Of a stretch of 64,000 bases of DNA, positions 9,866 to 21,066 are shown one piece after another. Numbering within the stretch: the first letter of the stretch is position 1; each line of letters starts with the position of its first letter. Under the pieces are notes generated by a model that saw only the letters and a list, made by a program, of their open reading frames with translations, did not search any database and was not told where the DNA came from. The translations under genes and the position numbers were made by a program. The stretch spans positions 367,759 through 431,758 of the forward strand of contig JAXHNB010000002.1 in NCBI GenBank assembly GCA_034520945.1. The letters run 5' to 3'. Source of the DNA: Trueperaceae bacterium. GTDB lineage: Bacteria; Deinococcota; Deinococci; Deinococcales; Trueperaceae.

Positions 9866-10459
9866 GCGGCGAGGTGCGCATCCCGCCGACGGACGATGCG
9901 CCGCTGCCGTACCACGAGACGCCCACGCGCGTGCGGCACACGGACGGGGTGCCCTTCCTGGTGCTGGGTGGTCCATGGTGGCTGCCCAGCGGGCGTGAGG
10001 TGGGCACCGTTCGCCTGGGCGTGAACCTGTCGGGGGTCGCGGCAGCGAGGGCGACGTTGTGGCGCGTCCTGGTGGCCGTCGGGGCCGGCATCGCGTTGGT
10101 CGCGGGCGCCGTGACGTTGGGGTCGTTGCGGCGGGCGCTGGCGCCGCTGGAGCGATTGGTGCGCGAGGCCGAGGCGATCGATCCGGCGGACCCGCAGCGC
10201 ATCGCCCTTCCAGGGGGCCGGACGCACGACGACGAGGTAGGCCGCCTGGCCCGCGTGCTGGACCGCGCCTTGGAAGGGATTCGGGCGCACCGGCGGCGCG
10301 AGCGTGACGCTTTGGCCGAGGTCGCCCACGAGCTGGCCGCGCCGTTGTCCGTGGTGGCCGCGCGGTTGGCGGCGCTCGAGGGCCGCGTGGACGATCCCGG
10401 CGTGCGCGCTGCGTATGCCGGGGCTGGCCAGCCGCTTCACGGCCGACCCGCATCCCTAG
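9862..10459 (+). pseudogene. Sensor histidine kinase remnant (TM-HAMP-HisKA; N-terminus and HATPase domain missing)
   Basis: TM helix, HAMP (LAPLERL...DDEVGRLARVLD), H-box EVAHELAAPL; no N/G1/G2 boxes; probable original C-terminus PGLASRFTADPHP* in another frame ending at TAG 10459. Confidence 0.75.
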
Positions 10460-10595
10460 CGCCGCGCGCGCCTCACTCGTCACGATGGGGCACGGCGGGC
10501 CGAAGCAAGGCGCGAAGCTGGGCCGGCTGGGGGCCTCGCGTGCTAGCCTGGGCGCCAACGAACCGGCAACCGGCGTCCAGGGCTTGGGAGGTACC

Positions 10596-10739
10596 ATGCG
10601 GCACACGTTGTCGGGGCATTCGGCCGGTCGCCACAGGGGCGGTCCTCGCGCCGATGCTCCCATTCGAACTTCGCGCTGGACGGTGGTCCGCATCGGTGCG
10701 GACGGCGGCTTCCGTGGCGGCGCCGCATGCGAAGGCTGA
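10596..10739 (+). CDS. Possible small ORF (47 aa) or eroded gene
   Basis: GGGAGG SD before ATG 10596 and TAGCCT upstream, but codon usage is atypical. Confidence 0.2.
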   Translation: MRHTLSGHSAGRHRGGPRADAPIRTSRWTVVRIGADGGFRGGAACEG

Positions 10740-10752
10740 CGACCCCCCGCCC

Positions 10753-11787
10753 GTGAGCGATCAGGACGCCCCCCGCCCCCCCGAGGGCTACGACGTGCTT
10801 CATCGGTTGGGCTCGGGCCAAACCTCGAACGTCTACCTCGCGCGGCACGCGCGCTTTGGTTCCGTGGCCCTCAAGCTGCCCCGGCCGGAGCTCGATCACC
10901 GCCCCGTGCTGCGTCGCATGTTCGAGAACGAGGTGATGATCACCTTGCGGTTGCAGCATCCGCGGGTGGTGCAGGGGCTCGAGGGGCACCCGACCGGCGA
11001 CGGGGCGTTCCTCGCCTTGGAGTTGTGCGCGGGAGGCACGTTGGACCAACTGTTGCTGGAGCGTGGGCGTCTGCCCGCCTCCCGGGCGATCGCCTTGGTG
11101 ATCGACGTCGCGGAGGGGCTCGCCTACACCCACGGCCGCAAGGTGCTGCACCGGGACGTGAAGCCCGCCAACGTGTTCCTGAGCGAGGAGGGGCGCGCCA
11201 AGCTGGGCGACTTCGGGACCGGCGTGTTCACGGCCGAGAACGGGACCGATCGTGTGGGCACGGCGTTCTACATGGCGCCGGAGATCTTCGAGGGCGCGGC
11301 GTCGTCGGTTCGAAGCGATGTGTACGGCCTGGGCGTACTGGCGTACGAGGTGGCGGTGGGGCAGCGCCCGTTCATGGGGGACAGCTACGACGCGTTGATG
11401 CACCAGCATCTCGGAGGGCTCCTGCGCGACCCCGCCAGCGTTCGGACCGATCTGGACGCGGGCGTGTCGCGGGTGATTCGAAAGGCCCTGGCGCGCCTGC
11501 CCGAGCGGCGTTACCCGGACGTCGACGCGTTCCTGGCCGACCTTCGCGCGGCCGTCGGGGTGCCCCCCGAGGACGCGACGGTTCAGGCGAGCCCGGCCGC
11601 CTCGGCGCCGATCGGGCGACGCGGCCGGGTGAGCACGCTTCCGTCCGCCTCCCAGGCGCCGGGCGCGGGCGGCGACGCCGAGGCGGAGGACGCCTCCGTC
11701 GACGCGGGCCCGTCGGATCGCGACGACGAAGAGCGGAGGGGCCGCGGGCTGTGGCACTGGCTCAAGGGGGGCGGCCGCAAGTCGTGA
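10753..11787 (+). CDS. Soluble Hanks-type Ser/Thr protein kinase
   Basis: LGSGQTSNV, VALK, HRDVKPAN, LGDFG, GTAFYMAPE, SDVYGLG; low-complexity tail; no TM segment. Confidence 0.92.
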   Translation: MSDQDAPRPPEGYDVLHRLGSGQTSNVYLARHARFGSVALKLPRPELDHRPVLRRMFENEVMITLRLQHPRVVQGLEGHPTGDGAFLALELCAGGTLDQLLLERGRLPASRAIALVIDVAEGLAYTHGRKVLHRDVKPANVFLSEEGRAKLGDFGTGVFTAENGTDRVGTAFYMAPEIFEGAASSVRSDVYGLGVLAYEVAVGQRPFMGDSYDALMHQHLGGLLRDPASVRTDLDAGVSRVIRKALARLPERRYPDVDAFLADLRAAVGVPPEDATVQASPAASAPIGRRGRVSTLPSASQAPGAGGDAEAEDASVDAGPSDRDDEERRGRGLWHWLKGGGRKS

Positions 11788-11864
11788 GGCCGTGATGGAC
11801 GCGGCTCCACGTCGGTCGGTCGCGTGGATCCCGACCTCCGCACTACACATTTCCGCGGCCGGCC

Positions 11865-11940
11865 TGGTATCCTGTTTCTCGGAACGAATCCGAAGAACGA
11901 CGGGGCGTCGTTGCTTCGGACCCGAACGACTTCCGAACCT
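11865..11940 (+). promoter_or_regulatory. suf operon promoter and structured leader
   Basis: Extended -10 TGgTATCCT (11865-11873); hairpin TCCGAAG-AACGAC/GTCGTT-G-CTTCGGA (11889-11920). Confidence 0.5.
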
Positions 11941-11967
11941 TCGAATTCACGCGAACGAGGTGCTGTG

Positions 11968-12735
11968 ATGAGCGACAACCGGCTCGAGATTCGTGACCTG
12001 CACGCCCGCGTCGCCGGCGGCGAGGACATCCTGAACGGCGTCGACCTGATCGTGCCCCGCGGCGAGGTGCACGCCCTGATGGGCCAGAACGGCTCGGGCA
12101 AGTCGACCCTCGCCAAGGTGATCGCCGGCGATCCCGCCTACGAGGTCACCGCGGGCGACATTTTCGTGGACGGGCAGAGCGTGCTGGAGATGGAGCCGGA
12201 CGAACGTGCGCGTGCGGGCCTGTACCTGGCGTTCCAGTACCCGGTCGAGGTGCCCGGCGTGTCGATCGCGAACTTCCTGCGCCTGGCGCTGAACGCCCGC
12301 CGCGAGGGGGAGGAAGAGATCGGCGTGATGGAGTTCTACGAGAAGCTGCAGCGCGCCGTGAAGGCGCTCGACTGGGACGAGTCGATCATCGAACGCAACC
12401 TCCACGAAGGGTTCTCGGGCGGCGAGAAGAAGCGCAGCGAGATCCTGCAGCTGCTGGTGCTGGAGCCGCACTACGCGATCCTCGACGAGACCGACTCCGG
12501 TCTGGACGTCGACGCGCTCAAGACGGTGTCGAAGGGCGTCAACGCGGCGCGCACGCCGGAGTTCGGCGCGCTCGTCATCACCCACTACCAGCGGTTGCTG
12601 AACTTCATCGTTCCCGACCGGGTGCACGTGATGGCCAACGGTCGCGTGATCACCAGCGGCGAGAAGGAGCTGGCCATGGATCTCGACACCAAGGGCTACG
12701 ACTGGATCAAGGAACAGGTCGCCGCGACCGCCTGA
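11968..12735 (+). CDS. sufC: Fe-S cluster assembly ATPase SufC
   Basis: MGQNGSGKST, AFQYPVEVPGV, FSGGEKKR, LDETDSGLDVD, ITHYQRLL. Confidence 0.97.
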   Translation: MSDNRLEIRDLHARVAGGEDILNGVDLIVPRGEVHALMGQNGSGKSTLAKVIAGDPAYEVTAGDIFVDGQSVLEMEPDERARAGLYLAFQYPVEVPGVSIANFLRLALNARREGEEEIGVMEFYEKLQRAVKALDWDESIIERNLHEGFSGGEKKRSEILQLLVLEPHYAILDETDSGLDVDALKTVSKGVNAARTPEFGALVITHYQRLLNFIVPDRVHVMANGRVITSGEKELAMDLDTKGYDWIKEQVAATA

Positions 12736-12838
12736 GCCGCGCGGACGGCCACGCGGCCTGGCCGCGTGCGCCGCGCGTCCGCGCATCAGGCCCGGCGGGC
12801 GCGCCCCGCCCACGCTTCGCGCCCCGAGGAGGGACGAC

Positions 12839-14272
12839 ATGGCAGACGCACCGATGCAGCACCCGGATGCCGACAAGCTGACCGGGATGCAGCACGAGAA
12901 GCAGTACGACTTTCAGATCCCCGAGAACTACTTCTACAAGAGCGAGAAGGGGCTGAACAAGCGCAGCATCGAGAAGATCAGCTACTTCAAGGGCGAGCCG
13001 CAGTGGATGCTGGACTTTCGCCTGCGCGCGCTCGAGATCGCCCACAAGAAGGGCCGCCCCAAGTGGGGTCCGGACCTCTCCGAGCTGGACTTCGACGAGA
13101 TCTTCTTCTACATCCGTCCCAACGAGCAGCAGGGCACCACCAAGGATTGGGACGAGATCCCCGAGGAGGTGCGCGAGACCTACCGCCGGCTGGGGATCCC
13201 CGAGGCGGAGCAGAAGGTGCTGGCCGGCGTCGGCGCGCAGTACGAGTCCGAGATGGTCTACCACAACCTCAAGGAGGAGTGGGAGAAGAAGGGCGTCGTC
13301 TTCCTGGACACCGACACCGGCATGAAGGAGTACCCGGAGATCTTCCGGGAGCACTTCTCGACGGTGATCCCGCCCGAAGACAACTACTTTGCGGCGGTGA
13401 ACAGCGCCGTGTGGTCGGGCGGTTCCTTCGTGTACGTCCCCGCGGGGGTCGAAATCGATGTTCCGCTGCAGGCGTACTTCTTGCTCAACGCCGAGAACAT
13501 CGGCCAGTTCGAACGGACGTTGATCATCGCCGAGCCCGGCGCCAAGCTGCACTACATCGAGGGGTGCACCGCGCCGAGCTACAAGACCAGCAGCTTCCAC
13601 TCCGGCGTGATCGAGATCATCGCCAAGGAGCGCAGCAACGTTCGCTACTCCACCATCCAGAACTGGTCGCACAACGTGTTCAACCTGGTGACGCAGCGCG
13701 CCATGGTGCACGAAGGCGCCAGCATGGGGTGGCTGGACGGCAACCTCGGCTCGAAGACCACCATGAAGTACCCCAGCTGCTACCTGCTGGGCGAGGGCGC
13801 GCACGGCGAGGTGCTCTCGATCGCCTTCGCCGGGAACGGCCAGCACCAGGACGCCGGCGCCAAGATGATTCACGCCGCGCCGCGCACCAGCAGCTCGATC
13901 GTGTCCAAGTCGATCTCGAAGGGGACGGGCCGCAGCAGCTACCGCGGGCTGGTGCAGATTCACGAGGGCGCCACGCACGCCAAGTCCAACGTCGAGTGCG
14001 ACGCGCTGCTGTTGGACGACACCGCCAGGACCGACACCTGGCCCTACATCGAGATCGGCGAGAAGACCGCGCACATCGGCCACGAAGCAACGGTGTCGAA
14101 GCTGAACGACGAGCAGATCTTCTACCTGCAGTCGCGCGGCCTGTCGGCAGAGGAGGCGATGGCGCTCATCGTCCGCGGCTTCCTGGAGCCGGTCGCGAAG
14201 GAGCTCCCCCTCGAGTACGCCGTCGAGCTGAACCGCCTGATCGAGCTGGAGATGGAAGGGAGCGTGGGCTGA
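12839..14272 (+). CDS. sufB: Fe-S cluster assembly protein SufB
   Basis: GVGAQYESE, AVWSGGSFVYVP, GQFERTLII, YIEGCTAP, HEATVSK, ELPLEYAVELNRLI. Confidence 0.97.
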   Translation: MADAPMQHPDADKLTGMQHEKQYDFQIPENYFYKSEKGLNKRSIEKISYFKGEPQWMLDFRLRALEIAHKKGRPKWGPDLSELDFDEIFFYIRPNEQQGTTKDWDEIPEEVRETYRRLGIPEAEQKVLAGVGAQYESEMVYHNLKEEWEKKGVVFLDTDTGMKEYPEIFREHFSTVIPPEDNYFAAVNSAVWSGGSFVYVPAGVEIDVPLQAYFLLNAENIGQFERTLIIAEPGAKLHYIEGCTAPSYKTSSFHSGVIEIIAKERSNVRYSTIQNWSHNVFNLVTQRAMVHEGASMGWLDGNLGSKTTMKYPSCYLLGEGAHGEVLSIAFAGNGQHQDAGAKMIHAAPRTSSSIVSKSISKGTGRSSYRGLVQIHEGATHAKSNVECDALLLDDTARTDTWPYIEIGEKTAHIGHEATVSKLNDEQIFYLQSRGLSAEEAMALIVRGFLEPVAKELPLEYAVELNRLIELEMEGSVG

Positions 14273-15595
14273 GTGTCGACGCTGGTCGACAATCCCGCGC
14301 TCGACGCGGACGCGCTCGAGGCGCTGATCGCGCGCCACGACGAACCGGACTGGCTGGCCGAAGAGCGTAGGGCGGCGTTCCGCACCTTCGAGAAGACGCC
14401 GTGGCCCACGTCGCGTGACGAGAACTGGCGCTTCACCGACCTGCCGCGCTTCGCGGTCGACGGCCTGACGTTCGGCGAGGGACCGCGCGACGCGGCGGTG
14501 TCCGACCGCATCCACATGCGCATGACCGACTCCGACGCCGAGGGCATCCTGGTGCACAAGAACGGCGAGGTGGTCGAGCGGCGCAGTGAGCTGCGCGAGC
14601 ACGGCGTGATCTTCACCGACCTGCGCACCGCCGTGCGCGAGCACGAGGAGCTCGTGCGCGAACACCTCTACACCGTGGTGGACGCCAAGGCCGGCAAGTA
14701 CCACGCCCTGAACGCCGCGTTCTGGCAGAACGGCACCTTCGTGTACGTGCCGCGCGGCGTCGAGGTCGAACTGCCGCTCGGCGCGTTCGTCACCGCGGAC
14801 CGCGGCGGCCTCTCAGCCGGGCGTACGCTGGTGGTGGTCGAGGACAACGCCAAACTCACCTACCTCGACGAGTACACCAGCGACCCGTTCGACGAGCGGC
14901 TGTTCCACTCTGCGGCCAGCGAGCTGGTGCTGGGGCCCGGCGCCAAGGTGCGCCACCTCAGCCTGCAGAACTGGGGCCGCAACGTCGCGCACATGAACAA
15001 GCAGCGCGCCCACCTGGCGCGCGACGCGCGCCTGGAGTCGCTCAGCGTCAGCCTGGGCGCCGACGCGGCCCGCGCCGAGGTCGAGTCGAAGCTGGAAGGC
15101 CCCGGCGGCGAGAGCGAGATGCTGGGCCTCTACTTCGGCGACAAGGGCCAGCACTACAACCAGTACACGATTCAGCACCACGCCGCCGATCACGCCTTCA
15201 GCGACCTGCTGTTCAAGGGCGCGCTGCGCGACGGCAGCACCGCCGCCTACTCGGGCGTGATCATCGTGGACGAGGGCGCGCAGAAGACCGACGCCTACCA
15301 GACGAACCGGAACCTGCTGCTGGACTCCGACAGCGAGGCGGTCAGCATCCCGCAGCTCGAGATCGGCGCCAACGACGTCAAGTGCTCGCACGGCTCCACC
15401 ACCGGCCCCGTTCCGGAGGACCAGCGCTTCTACCTGATGAGTCGCGGCATGCCGCCCGAGGTGGCCGAGCACCTGCTGGTGACCGGCTTTTTGTACGAGG
15501 TGATGAGTCGCGTCACCCTGCCCAAGGTCGCCGCGTACGTCGAGCGGGTGGTGCAGGCCAAGTTGGGCGTGCCCGGCGTGAAGGAGAAGTTGTGA
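14273..15595 (+). CDS. sufD: Fe-S cluster assembly protein SufD
   Basis: ENWRFTDL, AQKTDAYQTNRNLLL, PQLEIGANDVKCSHG, FYLMSRG; follows sufB. Confidence 0.95.
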   Translation: MSTLVDNPALDADALEALIARHDEPDWLAEERRAAFRTFEKTPWPTSRDENWRFTDLPRFAVDGLTFGEGPRDAAVSDRIHMRMTDSDAEGILVHKNGEVVERRSELREHGVIFTDLRTAVREHEELVREHLYTVVDAKAGKYHALNAAFWQNGTFVYVPRGVEVELPLGAFVTADRGGLSAGRTLVVVEDNAKLTYLDEYTSDPFDERLFHSAASELVLGPGAKVRHLSLQNWGRNVAHMNKQRAHLARDARLESLSVSLGADAARAEVESKLEGPGGESEMLGLYFGDKGQHYNQYTIQHHAADHAFSDLLFKGALRDGSTAAYSGVIIVDEGAQKTDAYQTNRNLLLDSDSEAVSIPQLEIGANDVKCSHGSTTGPVPEDQRFYLMSRGMPPEVAEHLLVTGFLYEVMSRVTLPKVAAYVERVVQAKLGVPGVKEKL

Positions 15596-15921
15596 GCCCA
15601 GCCACGCCCGAGACGCGGCACGCCGTCGGCTCGGTCGACGACTTCCCCGAGGAGGGCATCACCCCGGTCACGGTCGAGGGACGCGAGGTGGTGGTGGTGC
15701 GGCACGAGGGTCGCTTCTACGCCCTGCCGGACCGCTGCACGCACCAGAAGTACCCGCTGCACGACGGCGAGGTGCTGCCGGGCAAGATCAAGTGCATCCA
15801 CCACGGCGCCACCTTCGACCTGAACACCGGCAAGCCCACCATGCCGGCCGTCAAGAAGATCGAGCTGTTCGACGCCGAGGTCGAGGACGGCACCGTCTAC
15901 GTGCGGGTGCAGAGCCGCTGA
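15592..15921 (+). CDS. Rieske-type [2Fe-2S] ferredoxin
   Basis: DRCTHQ...KCIHHGATFDL Rieske ligands; GTG overlaps the sufD stop. Confidence 0.9.
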   Translation: MSPATPETRHAVGSVDDFPEEGITPVTVEGREVVVVRHEGRFYALPDRCTHQKYPLHDGEVLPGKIKCIHHGATFDLNTGKPTMPAVKKIELFDAEVEDGTVYVRVQSR

Positions 15922-15945
15922 GCGCAGGCGCGACGACGTGATGCG

Positions 15946-15975
15946 AGGGCCCGCCGTCAGGCGGGCCCTTCTTCG
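15946..15975 (+). terminator. Intrinsic terminator of the suf operon
   Basis: AGGGCCCGCC-GTCA-GGCGGGCCCT followed by TCTTC. Confidence 0.75.
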
Positions 15976-15980
15976 GTTCG

Positions 15981-16496
15981 TCAGGGCGGGGTTCCCACGT
16001 CGGCATCTTCCGCTGGGCCGACCCGCACCAGCACGCTCACGCGCGCCTGCACGTGGTCGGGCGCCAGCCCCTCGCTGGTCTTGAACGCCACGTTCACCTC
16101 GGCCGGGGCGAGGTCCAGGCACGCCGCGACGCTGTCACGAAGCGCGTCACGGTAGGGCGCCAGCGCGGGCCGGTCCAGGGTGATCACGGCGGCGACGTTC
16201 ACGACCCGCAGCGGCCCGCAGGTGTCGCGCAGATGGGCGCGCACGCGCGCCAGCAGTTCACGGCCGTCCAGGCCGCGGTGGGCGGGGTCGCTGGGCGGGA
16301 AGTGAAGCCCGATGTCGCCCGCGCTCGCGGCGGCCAGCAGGGCGTCGGCCAGCGCGTGCAGCAGGGCGTCGCCGTCGCTGTGCGCCACGGCGCCGCGCGG
16401 TGCCTCCTCGATCGCCACGCCGCCCAAGCGCAGCGGCCGGTCGGCCGCGAGGGCGTGCGCGTCCTCGCCGAACCCGATGCGGAGCGACTCGTCCAT
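15981..16496 (-). CDS. ispF: 2-C-methyl-D-erythritol 2,4-cyclodiphosphate synthase
   Basis: [48 protein letters not shown]. Confidence 0.93.
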   Translation of the reverse strand: MDESLRIGFGEDAHALAADRPLRLGGVAIEEAPRGAVAHSDGDALLHALADALLAAASAGDIGLHFPPSDPAHRGLDGRELLARVRAHLRDTCGPLRVVNVAAVITLDRPALAPYRDALRDSVAACLDLAPAEVNVAFKTSEGLAPDHVQARVSVLVRVGPAEDADVGTPP

Positions 16497-16563
16497 CGAC
16501 GCGCATGGTACCGCCGCGGGGCCGGCCCGGTTCGCGCGGGGCGGGCATGGCATGATGGCGCGC

Positions 16564-17436
16564 ATGCCGTTTCCCGTGGGCGTCCTCGTCCTGGTGCTCG
16601 TCACGCTGCTCTGGGGCACCACCTTCGTGGTGATCAAGGAGACGCTCACGGTCGTCCCGGTGCCGCTGTTCCTGGCGCTCCGCTTCACCATGGCGCTGGC
16701 GTTCTTCGTGTGGGTGCCCCTGGGCCGCGCCGCGCGGCGGCCCGCCATGGTGCTGGGCCTGTTGTCGTTCGCGGGCTTCGCGACGCAGACGCTGGGTCTG
16801 GCGGTCACCACCGCGTCGAAGGCGGCGTTCATCACCGGCCTGTCGGTGGTGCTGACGCCCGTGGTCGCGGCCGCATGGTTGCGCGCGGCCGTGCCGGTGC
16901 GGGCGTGGATGGCGGCGTTCGTGGCGCTCGGGGGCCTGGGCCTGATGACGTTGTCCGGTCAGGAGGTCGGCGGCGTGAACCGCGGTGATCTGTGGGTGTT
17001 GGTGACCGCCCTCGCCTACGCGGTGTTCATCGTCTACCTGGGCAAGGTGGCGCACGCCGCGCCGGCGTTGGCGCTCGCGGGGTGGCAGCACCTGCCGATG
17101 GCCGCCTTGGCGTGGCTGTGGGCCATCCCGCACCTGGACGCGCTGGCCACGCTACCGCTGTCCGCGTGGGCGGGGATCGCCTACCTGGCGGCGGTGTGCA
17201 CGGCGTTGGTCGCCGTGCTGCAGACCTACGCCCAGCGGGTGGTGCCGGCCCACCTGGCGGCGCTGATCTTCCTGTTGGAACCGGTGTTCGCCGCGCTGTT
17301 CGCGTACCTGCTGCTGGGCGAACGCCTGGGCCTGGCGGGCTGGATCGGCGGCGGTCTGGTGGTGCTCGCGATGGCGCTGGCCGAACTGAAGCCCAAGCGA
17401 CTGCTGCGGGCGCGGCGTGCGCGGGCCGGCGACTGA
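16564..17436 (+). CDS. DMT/EamA family transporter
   Basis: [34 protein letters not shown]; ~10 TM helices. Start could also be 16552 or 16555. Confidence 0.88.
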   Translation: MPFPVGVLVLVLVTLLWGTTFVVIKETLTVVPVPLFLALRFTMALAFFVWVPLGRAARRPAMVLGLLSFAGFATQTLGLAVTTASKAAFITGLSVVLTPVVAAAWLRAAVPVRAWMAAFVALGGLGLMTLSGQEVGGVNRGDLWVLVTALAYAVFIVYLGKVAHAAPALALAGWQHLPMAALAWLWAIPHLDALATLPLSAWAGIAYLAAVCTALVAVLQTYAQRVVPAHLAALIFLLEPVFAALFAYLLLGERLGLAGWIGGGLVVLAMALAELKPKRLLRARRARAGD

Positions 17437-17453
17437 CGGCCCGCGCGCCGCGC

Positions 17454-19397
<1,944 letters not shown>

Positions 19398-19529
19398 GCT
19401 GCCTCCTGACCCGGACGGAAAACGAGGGTGCGGGCGCTTCACGATGGTTCCCGGGCGAAGCCCCTTCACCGACGACATTGGGGTGACGCGCCGAGCATAC
19501 CGCACGCGGCGGCGGCGCTCGACGCGTCG

Positions 19530-21008
19530 CTAGCGCCAGGGGCGCCACGAACGGGGCAGCCGCCACCAATCGAACGTGAACACCACGAACACGACCACCA
19601 CCTCGAGGCGACCGGCGTACATCGCGAAGGTGAGCAGGAGGGTGGCCGGATCCGACAGGACAGCGTAGCCGGCCATCGGCCCCACCGCGCCGATGGCCGG
19701 GCCGACGTTGCCCAGCGCGGCGATGGACGCGCTGAACGCCGTGACGTAGTCGTTGCCCATCATCACCAGCGTCGTGGTCAACGTGGCGAACAGGGCCACG
19801 TACAGCGTGATGAAGGCGGCGACCGCCCGCAGCACCTCCTCCGGCACGGTGCGCCGGCCGACGCGCACGGGCAGCACGGCGCGGGGGTGCAGGACGCGCT
19901 GCACCTCGCGCGCCGTGTGCCGGGCCACGATCAGCAGCCGTACCACCTTGATGCCGCCGGCGGCGCTGCCGGCGCTGCCCCCGATGAACATGAGCAGCAA
20001 CAGCACGGTCTGCGCCGGACGGTGCCAATCCGCGAAGTCGGTCGAGGCGTAGCCGGTGGTGGTGAGGATCGACACGCTTTGGAACAGCGCGTGACGGAGG
20101 GACGATCCCCCCTCCGACGGCCACAGGAGCCACGTCAGGGCGGCGGCGGCCACGCCCAGGATCGCCAGGTAGGTGCGGAACTCGGTGTCCCGCCACAACG
20201 CACGCGGACGCCCGCTCCAGGCCCGAAACTGCAGCGTGAAGCTCACGCCGGCCAGCGCCATGAACGGAATCGCCGCCCACTGCGTGGCCGCGGAGAACCC
20301 TTCGAACGAGCGAGCCTCGGGGCTGAACCCCCCGGCCGCCATGGTGGTCAGGGCGTGCGTGAACGCCTGGTACGGCCCCAGGCCCGTTGCGAGGTAGGCA
20401 ATGCCGGCCGCGAGGGTGAGCCCCGCGTACACCAGCAGCACCGCCGTCGCCGTGTTCCGCAGGCGCGGCGTCATGCGGTCCTCCGTCGGGCCGGGCGCCT
20501 CGGTGAAGAACAGCTGCCGGCCCGCGATCGCCAGCTGCGGAAACACCGCGACGAACAGCACGATGATGCCGATCGCGCCGATCCACTGCGACAGCGCGCG
20601 CCACACGAAGGTCGTGGGTCCGAGCGCGCCGAAGTCGCTGAGGACCGTCGCCCCCGTCGCCGTGAAGCCGCTCATCGACTCGAACAGCGCGTCGACGGGC
20701 GACAGGGCCCCCCCGACCCAGTAGGGCATCGAGCCGACCAGAGGCACCAGCAACCACAACGTCAGCACCGACACCAGCGCCTCGCGGCGCGAGGGGTCCC
20801 CGTCGGCACGGCCGAGCACGTTCAGGAGCGTTCCCGCGGCCAGGCCGACGACCGCCGTGGCGGCGAAGCCCGTCCACGGGTCGCCCACCAGGCGCGCCGC
20901 CAGCGCGAAGGCGGCGGCGAGGCCGCCCAGCCCGGTCAGGCCGGCCCCCAGGATGCGCGGCGCGAACCGCCCGCGCACCCTGGGGTCGCCCGCCTCTCGC
21001 GGGGTCAT
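19530..21008 (-). CDS. trkH: Trk potassium uptake membrane protein
   Basis: FESMSGFTATGAT, TTTGY, FIGGSAGSAAGGIK, LGNVGPA, MYAGRLE pore motifs. Confidence 0.93.
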   Translation of the reverse strand: MTPREAGDPRVRGRFAPRILGAGLTGLGGLAAAFALAARLVGDPWTGFAATAVVGLAAGTLLNVLGRADGDPSRREALVSVLTLWLLVPLVGSMPYWVGGALSPVDALFESMSGFTATGATVLSDFGALGPTTFVWRALSQWIGAIGIIVLFVAVFPQLAIAGRQLFFTEAPGPTEDRMTPRLRNTATAVLLVYAGLTLAAGIAYLATGLGPYQAFTHALTTMAAGGFSPEARSFEGFSAATQWAAIPFMALAGVSFTLQFRAWSGRPRALWRDTEFRTYLAILGVAAAALTWLLWPSEGGSSLRHALFQSVSILTTTGYASTDFADWHRPAQTVLLLLMFIGGSAGSAAGGIKVVRLLIVARHTAREVQRVLHPRAVLPVRVGRRTVPEEVLRAVAAFITLYVALFATLTTTLVMMGNDYVTAFSASIAALGNVGPAIGAVGPMAGYAVLSDPATLLLTFAMYAGRLEVVVVFVVFTFDWWRLPRSWRPWR

Positions 21009-21066
21009 GACGCCCCGCGGCCGCCCCACGGGACGGCGCCCCACCGCGGACCGACTGCGCCGCCGC

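Noticed and set aside
11968..15921. suf operon lacking sufS/sufU/sufA as a defect
   Set aside because: Split suf loci are common and the missing genes can lie elsewhere in the genome.
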